From Flectonema sp. DT1601 (lineage: Eukaryota): 64,000 bases of DNA. Both the position numbers and the translations under genes were made by a program. The notes beneath the pieces are model-generated. The model saw only the letters and a list, made by a program, of their open reading frames with translations, searched no databases and had not been told where the DNA came from. Every line of letters begins with the position of its first letter. The first letter of the stretch is position 1. This document shows, piece after piece, positions 1-9,510 of this stretch. The DNA is taken from positions 682,001-746,000 of the forward strand of contig OZ025791.1 in the NCBI GenBank assembly GCA_964019425.1, read 5' to 3'.

Positions 1-260
1 ACGTGGACACAACAAGAAATGGCAAAGTTCTCACAAGTCTAAAAATAGGTTTTGGTAGCATACAAAACACAACACAGAAGGGACACAACTGCTATGACCA
101 GGGAAAGGGGGATGTGATCTAATGGCGCTACAGAATCTAAGAAAGCTTCTCAATTGAAAACTTTAAAAAAGCCAATTTTTAAAAAAAATAATTCTACGAA
201 ATGAAACAATATAATTCCTATCCTCCATAAAAAGAAGGATGGCGGCAGGGATTATTATTT

Positions 261-3200
261 TTATCCAACTGGGGTCAAGGGTCTCATTTTCAATCCGTCT
301 TGGTTGGCTTGATGATCTTTCTGAATGGCAGCATACAACCCTCCGAGAATCGCATGTCGCTTTGACGTTGCCTCAATAACTTTTACGGAAACACCCTGTA
401 GGTAGTCTCTAAGATCTTGATTTTCTTTCGTAAATTGATTTTGAAAACTACTGACTTGATTCTCAACGTTTTCTACTCGTTTTTGAGTTGCCGAATGCAC
501 TTCAGAAAGTTCCTTTACTTGATCGTCTTCTTCTTGTTTTCCTTCGAGACAGACAGCCTTATTAAGAGGGAAGAATGACAGATCACTTTTACGCATCATT
601 GAATGAACGTATGATTCTTGTCCAGTAAACTCGTCGGGATCTTTTTTTTGAAGATGATGAATAAAAAAGATGTAATTCCACATGTTGTGATCATTCTTAA
701 TGTGATGTTCAAAACCGTCAGCTTGACGATCAAACTGACTCGACTCAATTCCGCAGATGAAACAACGAGATCTGATGTCTTCCTCAACTTTTTGTTTCTC
801 AGAACGCAATTCAGCAAACGTATCAATGATTACACCAAAAATAATATTCAACAAAATAACAATCACGACAACAAAAAACGTAAAATCAAAAATTGTTCTC
901 GCAGCTGCATACGGACTCTCCCAATCTAACGGCTGCATTAAGTCTCCAATACCGCCACCAGCACGAATACCTGCTGATACAGCAAAAATAAAGCATCTAA
1001 AAAGAGTGTCACAATGGTAATCTTCACAGTTTGGTTCTCCTTCACACGGAGGTTCCCTATTCTTAAAACTATCTCTAAAAAGAACAAATCCAATCACCGA
1101 GAATAAATAGATAATAATAATACCAAGTAACACTGTTAACAATAGTGACCTTCCGTTCTTTGTAACAGCTTTGATTACATTTTGAAGTAAAGCAGATCTA
1201 TTGATGATTGATACCAAGTGAAGAGCTATAAAAAACGGTGAAATAAACAATCCGGCAAGAGAAAAGATAACAGAAGCAGTTAAGAAGATGAAGTGAGTAT
1301 CGTATCGAACACTTTTAACAGTGTATTGCCAAGAGTAATTAAAAGTTAAAAGACCTCTCTCAGGGTCATCGAGGTGTTCAGGCTCGATTGGGAATAGCCC
1401 AAGATCATCTCTGTCATTGTTGATGTCAGCTGAGGCAACAGAAGAAGCGACTGCTCCGAATGAACCGCCGATACCTGCAGGTGTTCCCGATCTGTCTGCG
1501 AATTTCTCTTTTAGAATATCAAATGCTTTTTCTTTATTATTACCTCGAACTGTACCCGTCGTTTCATTTAGCGGACCCTGTCTACGATCAAGTTCCGGAT
1601 GATCGACGGCAAACATTTCAATGTATCGTTTCAGACTAAACTTCTTACGTCTTCTCTTCATCATTAATTGTCGTTCTTTCTTCCATGTTCGGTGAGCGTT
1701 GAGAGGAGCTTTTGCGACCCAAAAATCAAACAACAAAAACAAACAAACGAAAAACTGAACTGCAATAAGCGCATTCAACACAAATAAAACTATTTCTGAC
1801 TCAATATGAAATCCTTCCAAAGGAGCTCTGACGATATCTACGGAAGTGTTGGTAACGTAATTCATACAAACGATTCCGTTAATAAGAAATGCCAAAACAA
1901 TCATTGCATTCTCCCACCAGTTTATGGTACTGTTGATCAGATATTTGCACTGACGAACTCGTTCATTCCTCGAAGGGATCCAAGCTCCTGGAGTCGGTTC
2001 ACAGACTTGTTTAAAATTACGTTCGTAGAACTCGATTTCATAAATTAATTCCTCAGCTCTGTCATAGAAATCAGTTATACGAGCCGTGGGTGTTTCTCTG
2101 TTCACATTCCACAGTAGTTCATCCTTTGTCTTGTCGCTAAGATTTGAACATATAAAAGGAATTCTAAAATAAACTCTTACAAGAGACTGCGATCTCAATA
2201 TCTCTATCCTACCTGTTAAGGCTGTGTAGAATGAGAAACCCTCACATCGTTCTATAAATTCAGAGAGAGAATCATCAAAGGCAGACAATGTCTTCAGTAA
2301 CATAAAAGCTGTGAATCCCAAGTCTAGGGCTTCAGGTTCCTTTCTGCGAGACCAAATATCAGTAAGAAGCGCCTTGATTAATTTCAAATCAAGTGTAGTT
2401 GATATGACTGCAGGTATCCACTGTTCTTCAACACCTTCTAAAACGCTAAGAAGCATTGTTAGGGCAGCGTTCTTAAGCTCGTCAGTTTGTTGCTCGTCAA
2501 CTAACGGGAGTGGACGTGCTAAGACGACATTTACTTCAAAAGCGATATTAGCATTTACTAAACTGTGCTGGTTATCATAACAGGGTCCTTGACAGTATTC
2601 TGTTAAGGTGTTGAACGCTTGTACGATGTGATCAAAAATAAATTCATCGCACTGCTCAACCATCAAAAGAGTCTTAAGAACCGTGATCGTCTCTTTTACT
2701 AAATTGTAAGTATGGACGTTGTCGTCTTGAACTCTTAGATAGTTCTGCAAATCTCTGTTATGACCTTCACAGAATAGTTGTAAAAACCTAAGTACTTTAT
2801 CAAGATGGTACAATTCACATTGTTTATACTTACTATTTCTATCATCATCTGTGTTAACAGTTATTGATGGTGTGAATCCAGTTGAATCGGTGTTATGTAA
2901 AGCGTGTGATGCAACCTTCTTAGATTTGTGTTTCTCAGCCACCTCGTTACTCTTCATTAAGTTGACAGCCTTCACAATCCTGTCTTTGGTGCAGCTGAAG
3001 AACGCTTCGTCATTAAGTGAAAGAAAGTAATTTAAAATTGAAACTTGAACTTTATTATTACCACCTTCTAGTAAGGCGTGTCCGAATTGAAGAGCTTCAG
3101 ATACGACGTGTTCGTCTTTTGATTCTATCATTTGGGTCACGATTGGTGTGACGCCTAAATCGTCGAGGAGAGATTGCATTTTTTCTTTTTCCTTCTTCGA

Positions 3201-6200
3201 AGGATGTAATCCGATGATTGTTTTAAAAACTCTCATTAAAGCTATTGTCAAACTATCCTCCCTCGACTCTGTAAAATGCCGAAACAAGTTTACAGTCATC
3301 GCCTGATTTCTGTTTAGTAAGTCAGCCTTTAGAACTTCCGCTAGTCCGTTAATTGCGTTATCGTCGTCTTCTATATCACGTTCTTCTGGATCACCGTACA
3401 CACCAGAGATATTAACCAACACTAACTGTAATGCTGTTCTGTATAGTAATGGATAACCTCTGTAGAGTGTGATGTCAAGAAGGATTTGAGTTAAGAGGTC
3501 GCTCTTTAGTTTTAAGAAGGCGCCCTCTGGATGGTTTCCGAGTCGTCTATCAGTTGATGAGACTCGTGACACCCATTTCTTTATATTAATTTCACTTCTA
3601 ACACCAGCGTTAGCGAATAACCACCAAAGTAGTTTGCAACATGCTAGTTTACTTTCCATTACGAGTTGCATTCTTTCTGACCAGTGGTAGCGTTGGACTT
3701 TATGAAGCATTCCTGGAGTACTATCGCTCCAGATGTGAGCTCGTCTAGATTCTTGTGTTCTAGGTGATCCAGGGTCACGTGGAGATCCAGGTTCGAGTAG
3801 TGAGTTGGTTGTCGTTGTTGTCGTTTGTTGATTTGGGTTTTGATCTGATCTGTAAGGATCTACTGATGTGGCTGCTCCTGCTCCAGATATTAAATATTCA
3901 TCTGACATCCCTGAGTCTGATGTTCCATCCAGCAGTCTTAATAATGGATGGAATAAATGCTCTAATTCTTCACAAGTATAACACCCGGCAGTCACAATTA
4001 CATTCGCTAATTCCAACATTTCAGTCATCAACATGTTTCTAGCTGTTGCTGACGCTTCCTGTCGTGAATTTCTTGTTATAAAATCATAGACGGTGTCCTT
4101 CAGTCGATCGAGTATTTCCGGAGGAGTGAATTCGTGAAGACCATTTTCAACATATAAATGTCTCGCAAGTCTAACAAAGGCAGATCGGATTGGATCGCAG
4201 AGCTGGTGTTGAATTTGCATTGTCATACCTGCGAGGATGAGTTCGTGTGAATATCTTTTTTTAACATAATTAATAGCAGTGTCTGTACCTCCGACACACA
4301 GGGATGCCATGAAGCGAAGACACTGTTCAAAATAACGAACTTCCTCAATGTCAGAAGTCTGAATCCATTCTTCTAAAGTAATCCATCCGCTGTCATCATT
4401 CGCTTCATCATCTTCAATCTCTTTAGGATCGAATCCTGTTGTGTGTCTCAACATCAAAGTTTTTAACTGCGCGTGATAATGTGTTAGAGATGCACTACTA
4501 GAACTTACCAAGTCACCAGGTAGATCGAACTCGTTGTTATCAACTGAAGCAGAATGCTTTATTTCTCTTCGGAACCCCGTCAACAAATCAACTCTGTCTC
4601 GACTACACTCAGCGCATATCAGTAGCTTCTGCTCATTCCGATTCTCTTCATCGTGAATTAAGTTTTTCGGAGCTTTATAAATCAATTGCATTCCATGTTT
4701 ACTGAGTCCTTCAGGAGGAGATCGTCCAGAGAGTGAATCTTTCTTTGCCTGATGAAACATATACATCGGAACTGAACGAGGATGTACATCAGAAGCAGAC
4801 TTAGCGAGAAGAAGACTACCTCCCTGAACTCTAAGCCAAGAACGTTGCCATCGTGGGATAACACAGGGGATATCACAATACCAAACCCAAGTACCAGACA
4901 TTATTCCTGGGATATTACGAGCAACTGATAACAGTGCTGCTTGTGGTGATGCTGATCTTGATCTGGGTGAGTATCTCATTGAGTAAGGACTGCCAACCTT
5001 CCCTCTGACATCATCGTCACTCTCACTTTCACTATCTGTTGATTCGTCGTCTTCTTCAACCCCGTTTTCTTTTCGTCTTTTAAATCGTCTGATCTTCCTT
5101 TCGACATTTCCTGGAAACCCAGTCACTGGTTTCACTAATATCGCGTCACCAGAAGACTTGGTGGCGTAAATCAGTTTTAACTTCTCCAAATTGCGAAGTT
5201 TTTTAATCAAAATACGTTGGTTTCTTGGAATACCCTCATTGTCACAAATACAACAAGCTGATAGCAGTGTCATGTATGTTGCTTTTCGACCATGTTGAGG
5301 GACAAGCCAAAGAAAGGATTCCAACTGAAGGTTTTGCAGCTGCTCTAGAAGACGATCATTGTCGCAGATTATTTGCATGTAGGCGTCTGCGATTGAGGTC
5401 ATGTCTCCTAGTTGGGTTTCAATGAATGGGAGGAATTGACTCATCTGCTGTGCCATGTCCTTTGATCCTCTGACCATTTGTTTTACCAATCGATAACCTA
5501 AAGCATAAATACTTCTCATATTTCTGAACTGATCAAGTCGAAGGATAGCTTCCAATGAGATGCCTCCGTACTCGAGGGGAGCTTTTAAGATTCGAAAGAC
5601 CAGATTGTGGACGTTTTGTTGAAATAGTATTCTCTGATGTTTCTTTAGTGGTGGACCGTTATGAGCGAATGGATCATCCATAGGTTTTGATTTGGTACAA
5701 AACAATACCAATCCAGTAAATACTTTTATAACAGATCGAATTAATTTTCCAGATTCAGCGTGTTTCTTATCTTTTGACAATTGCATTATAACACTGTCCG
5801 CTTGATTCTTTCCAATGTCAACATTGGTTGATGTCTTTGGTCGAGAATGTTGTGTTGAAGATCCTCTTTGCATTTGTAAGTTTCTCTGTTCTTGAATGAC
5901 ACGTCTTTCTTCTTCACGTTCATGTTTTATATCAATCCAATATTGATTGAATCTTTCAAGTGCTACGACCATGTTGCAGACTTGTGTTAGACTTTCCTTC
6001 TCAGATGATCTGACGACCCTAACAGCGAAGACGTCTTCATAGTATCCTTTTGTTGTTGTTTCTACTCGTTGGAGTTTACCTGTTGTACCTAAACTAGCAG
6101 CCTTGAATTGATCAGTATCTGAAACAGTCGTCTTTACAGGTTCATCGACTGTGTAGTCACCAGCAGCATGAAGCCAAACCTCTTCATAATGAAAACAAAA

Positions 6201-7331
6201 TCGAGCAAATGATGTAATTGTCAAAGCATCAGCTCCATCGTGAGAATCTAACGGATGAATTGATAGTAAAGTATTCTTATCTTCTGGTGTGTACGTCATT
6301 GTGACATCTTGCATTCTTGTGCCATCAACTGGACTGTCCCAAACATTTAGTGTTAAATATTGTTCTGTCGCCATGTGTTTAAGTCTAAATAACTTCCTAT
6401 GCTTGCTATATAATACAGCTCCTCCTTGCTTTGGATTCTCTGCTTCAAGTGTCCAGAGAGCGTTAGAGCTATATGGAAGATCGAGAACGTTGAATGTGGC
6501 TTTTTGAATTGTGTGTTGATCAATATAAACATGTTCAGCGTCTTGTATTTGCCAATCACATAAAACAAAACCCTCAGCTTCTCTGTGGTATAGCACTACA
6601 GCTGAGCCAGCCATTACGCATGCGTCGGTTGCGTCTTTTCGTTCGCGGTCTTTGTCTGTTTCGTAGGCTTCCATTTGCCAAACAGCTCCTTTTTGTTCTC
6701 GTGATTGGAAATCAACAAAATGATGAATTGGAGTCATAACATTCTTTGATTCCATAACTTGTTCTTGATGAGACTTCCATAAAGTTGTACTTAATGAAGC
6801 AGTATCAGAAGTCACGTGGAGATACAAATCTGTCTCACACGATGCGACAACAATCTGATCTTCGATTCGAACTCGTTCTCCAATTTCTCTAATTTTATAT
6901 TTTGGTAAAATCTTAAAACATTGTCTCTCATGATTCTTCTCATCAGGATGACCTGCAGGAAGGTGTTGATCAGTACCCATTGTCATCGAAGCCACCTGAC
7001 GAGTGTCATCACTACTGTCATTCGGATTCACACCTTCACAAGTTAAGTATTTGTTAGAAAAAACATTCCACAACTTTATAACCTGACCGTAAGAAACATA
7101 CTTAGCAGTCTCTGCTGCTTCTCCCCATAAGAAAGCTTGTTGGTCTTGATTTCTTATTTGATGAACTTGATATATACATCTCTCGAAGTTTCTTGCAATG
7201 TCAGTCTTCTGCTGTTCTACAACAGGAACACTTTGACTTCCAATATAATTGAGAGAAAGAGAACCCTGGTAGTGAGTACTATTGAAGTAGATCTTATCAG
7301 AGAATTTTAAAAATTCCGTGTGGGTCGTCAT
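261..7331 (-). CDS. ITPR: Inositol 1,4,5-trisphosphate/ryanodine receptor family Ca2+-release channel (2356 aa)
   Basis: N-terminal MIR/beta-trefoil motifs (FKILPKYK, ALWTLE, FRLKHMATEQYL), RIH-associated motif (VLRFLQLFCEGHNRDLQNYLR, TLTEYCQGPC), C-terminal TM region with pore motif GIRAGGGIGD, IIFGVIIDTFAELR, CFICGI and HNMWNYIFF. Confidence 0.96.
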   Translation of the reverse strand: MTTHTEFLKFSDKIYFNSTHYQGSLSLNYIGSQSVPVVEQQKTDIARNFERCIYQVHQIRNQDQQAFLWGEAAETAKYVSYGQVIKLWNVFSNKYLTCEGVNPNDSSDDTRQVASMTMGTDQHLPAGHPDEKNHERQCFKILPKYKIREIGERVRIEDQIVVASCETDLYLHVTSDTASLSTTLWKSHQEQVMESKNVMTPIHHFVDFQSREQKGAVWQMEAYETDKDRERKDATDACVMAGSAVVLYHREAEGFVLCDWQIQDAEHVYIDQHTIQKATFNVLDLPYSSNALWTLEAENPKQGGAVLYSKHRKLFRLKHMATEQYLTLNVWDSPVDGTRMQDVTMTYTPEDKNTLLSIHPLDSHDGADALTITSFARFCFHYEEVWLHAAGDYTVDEPVKTTVSDTDQFKAASLGTTGKLQRVETTTKGYYEDVFAVRVVRSSEKESLTQVCNMVVALERFNQYWIDIKHEREEERRVIQEQRNLQMQRGSSTQHSRPKTSTNVDIGKNQADSVIMQLSKDKKHAESGKLIRSVIKVFTGLVLFCTKSKPMDDPFAHNGPPLKKHQRILFQQNVHNLVFRILKAPLEYGGISLEAILRLDQFRNMRSIYALGYRLVKQMVRGSKDMAQQMSQFLPFIETQLGDMTSIADAYMQIICDNDRLLEQLQNLQLESFLWLVPQHGRKATYMTLLSACCICDNEGIPRNQRILIKKLRNLEKLKLIYATKSSGDAILVKPVTGFPGNVERKIRRFKRRKENGVEEDDESTDSESESDDDVRGKVGSPYSMRYSPRSRSASPQAALLSVARNIPGIMSGTWVWYCDIPCVIPRWQRSWLRVQGGSLLLAKSASDVHPRSVPMYMFHQAKKDSLSGRSPPEGLSKHGMQLIYKAPKNLIHDEENRNEQKLLICAECSRDRVDLLTGFRREIKHSASVDNNEFDLPGDLVSSSSASLTHYHAQLKTLMLRHTTGFDPKEIEDDEANDDSGWITLEEWIQTSDIEEVRYFEQCLRFMASLCVGGTDTAINYVKKRYSHELILAGMTMQIQHQLCDPIRSAFVRLARHLYVENGLHEFTPPEILDRLKDTVYDFITRNSRQEASATARNMLMTEMLELANVIVTAGCYTCEELEHLFHPLLRLLDGTSDSGMSDEYLISGAGAATSVDPYRSDQNPNQQTTTTTTNSLLEPGSPRDPGSPRTQESRRAHIWSDSTPGMLHKVQRYHWSERMQLVMESKLACCKLLWWLFANAGVRSEINIKKWVSRVSSTDRRLGNHPEGAFLKLKSDLLTQILLDITLYRGYPLLYRTALQLVLVNISGVYGDPEERDIEDDDNAINGLAEVLKADLLNRNQAMTVNLFRHFTESREDSLTIALMRVFKTIIGLHPSKKEKEKMQSLLDDLGVTPIVTQMIESKDEHVVSEALQFGHALLEGGNNKVQVSILNYFLSLNDEAFFSCTKDRIVKAVNLMKSNEVAEKHKSKKVASHALHNTDSTGFTPSITVNTDDDRNSKYKQCELYHLDKVLRFLQLFCEGHNRDLQNYLRVQDDNVHTYNLVKETITVLKTLLMVEQCDEFIFDHIVQAFNTLTEYCQGPCYDNQHSLVNANIAFEVNVVLARPLPLVDEQQTDELKNAALTMLLSVLEGVEEQWIPAVISTTLDLKLIKALLTDIWSRRKEPEALDLGFTAFMLLKTLSAFDDSLSEFIERCEGFSFYTALTGRIEILRSQSLVRVYFRIPFICSNLSDKTKDELLWNVNRETPTARITDFYDRAEELIYEIEFYERNFKQVCEPTPGAWIPSRNERVRQCKYLINSTINWWENAMIVLAFLINGIVCMNYVTNTSVDIVRAPLEGFHIESEIVLFVLNALIAVQFFVCLFLLFDFWVAKAPLNAHRTWKKERQLMMKRRRKKFSLKRYIEMFAVDHPELDRRQGPLNETTGTVRGNNKEKAFDILKEKFADRSGTPAGIGGSFGAVASSVASADINNDRDDLGLFPIEPEHLDDPERGLLTFNYSWQYTVKSVRYDTHFIFLTASVIFSLAGLFISPFFIALHLVSIINRSALLQNVIKAVTKNGRSLLLTVLLGIIIIYLFSVIGFVLFRDSFKNREPPCEGEPNCEDYHCDTLFRCFIFAVSAGIRAGGGIGDLMQPLDWESPYAAARTIFDFTFFVVVIVILLNIIFGVIIDTFAELRSEKQKVEEDIRSRCFICGIESSQFDRQADGFEHHIKNDHNMWNYIFFIHHLQKKDPDEFTGQESYVHSMMRKSDLSFFPLNKAVCLEGKQEEDDQVKELSEVHSATQKRVENVENQVSSFQNQFTKENQDLRDYLQGVSVKVIEATSKRHAILGGLYAAIQKDHQANQDGLKMRPLTPVG

Positions 7332-8657
7332 GATTGTGACCCGCCCAGAACTGTGAGAAGTAATCTTAAAACGGTCAGAGTAGGTACATCTTTAAAATAG
7401 AAACATAGAACAGATTAAGACATCAAACACATGCAAACTGTTAATTTAAATAATTTTTTAAATTAAAAATAATTATATTTCATTACAAGACTGTATGCAG
7501 GTTTACACCGGTTTTACAAACAAATGGGACACGGGGCGTCAATCAAGGACTTGGGAACTGAGAGGTTTACAGGCTGGCGGAGGGACAGCGGGATTTGTGA
7601 ATCGAGACCGGGCAGTACACTAATAATTCGGATTTTCGTTTTTTTTCTTTTTTTTTTTTTTTCATACTTTTTTCTTTTTTTTCCTTATCTTGAATTTTCT
7701 TTTGTTTTTTTTTTTTGTTTTTTTTTCTTTTCTTCGTTTTTCCCGATCACTGCTTCTTTCTGTGTTACGAAATGACAGAGGTGCAAGTTGCAAAATTATC
7801 GGCGCCATGGCCGGACCTTTTCCAGTGCCCACATGACGCCACAGGTAAGTTGTAAATCGTATTAACAATAAACAATTATCTGCTGCTATTAAGATCGACC
7901 AACTCTCCGCCTGTCTAGGGAAGTTATCTAAAGTGGGAAGTAATTCCGTGACGGAGAATCGCAAAGACATGAATGAAAAATAGGGGAATAGACAAGAGAT
8001 GGGAGGGACAAAGAAAATGGGATAGGGATGGGAAAATTAACAATTCGCGACCATGGCGAGCTACAAATCTGTTTTATGTAACCTCAGAGATGTTATCGAC
8101 TTGAGAGCTTTCAAGATCAGTTTTTTGAGATAATTTTGTACGACCCCCTGCAAGTTACGTCTGCATCCATAAAGCAACTTGTTGAACAGCCTCCAGCGAC
8201 GACTACCACGCAAAGTGAACAACTACAACACAAAGGATCGACCCGTCGAGGAAGAGATAAAATTGTAAACCTTTATTATTCTTGGTACACAACTTGAACA
8301 CCAAAAATTCTCTGATAGGGAGAGAAAAGAGGAAGGAGGGAACGCGTACAAGTTGCAATTTCTGTGTGTTCTGATCTTCCTTCCTTCAGTCTTGCCTTTT
8401 TGCATCTTCTTGTCTCGAACTTTTATATACTTTGAGAGGGTATCATCAAGAAGAACTATCGCTAGCAAATGCTTAGCAAACAGGGGAAGGGAGAAGTAGC
8501 TTTCGGGGACGGGGAGTGTGAACAAGAAGGGGGGATAACAACAACAACAACATCAACAACAAACGAATGAACAAGAACGTAATAAGCTAAAGCATCGTGT
8601 GCACCCCAACAACTGATATGGGATCGTGAAAGAATAGTAAGGAGAATACCTTCCAAT

Positions 8658-9278
8658 CTACTTCATTGGTTCGAATGTTAATGAACTTCTCAATACTTTA
8701 GGACCTCTCGTGTATGAAACTTTAACAGCAACGCCAACCTTTTTTATTTTATTTTAATTTATCACATTGTGTGTTAATAATAATATTATAAAATAGTTCT
8801 GAAATACAATACCTTAACGTGAGCAAGTGCATCTCCGTAAGTTCTCTTATCTTTGACTCTGGAGCCATTAATTACTCCTAACTTGTCGCCAACTCTCATC
8901 CCAGCCTTGTCAGCAGGTCCGCCTGGAGTCACTTCAGTCAATTTTAAACTATTATCAAACTTGTACTTAGCAGTTGGCTTACCCGCACGTGGTGATGGTG
9001 TTGGTGGAGGTGGTGGAGCATGTTCCTGAGTGAGTTGGTTTTTATTTCTTTTTTTTTTTTTTTTTTCTTTGCAAATACATTAACGAGAAGAAGTAAAAGA
9101 GCCATACCTCTTCATGTTCCACAGGGATGTGATTTCCCTCCGCAAAATCTTGACGGTCATCCATCAACTCGTGGACGTGCTCTTGTCTGTCGGCCTTTTT
9201 CTTCGCCTTGACGTCGGCAGCTCTGTCGAAGATGTGACTGGCTGTGACAGCTCCAAATGAAGTTTCCCAAAGTCCCAT
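8658..9278 (-). CDS. Small PDZ-domain protein (~154 aa, 3 exons: 9278-9108, 9025-8813, 8738-8658)
   Basis: Splicing two GT-AG introns (9107-9026, 8812-8739) gives a continuous frame MGLWETSF...EHAPPPPP...LTEVTPGGPADKAGMRVGDKLGVING...VGVAVKVSYTRG...PMK*; 'V.PGGPADKAG.RVGD....NG' is the PDZ signature. Start codon uncertain. Confidence 0.82.
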
Positions 9279-9360
9279 GTCTTTGACGGCTTGTGGTCCT
9301 AGACGAAGTAGTTCCTGTTTGTATTGATTCACTTTTTTGTTTTTTTGTTGTTGTTTTTTT

Positions 9361-9493
9361 TTTGCACCGACGAAGTCGGAGAAGAAACTATTCAGATTAA
9401 GAGCCGTTATTTATTATGTCATGTTATCTATTTCCCTGTGCGCCAGTAAAACTAGCTGCGATCAACAAAATATAAGGCTTATCTGAATGGTTT
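9361..9493 (-). repeat. Short dispersed structured element, copy 1 (copy 2 at 31857-31954, opposite orientation)
   Basis: Reverse complement of 9361-9397 matches 31918-31954 at 36/37 nt; the 5' part (ccattcagata..ttat.ttttgtt...cgca) is also shared. Confidence 0.75.
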
Positions 9494-9510
9494 TTTTTGA
9501 ATTCGCCACA

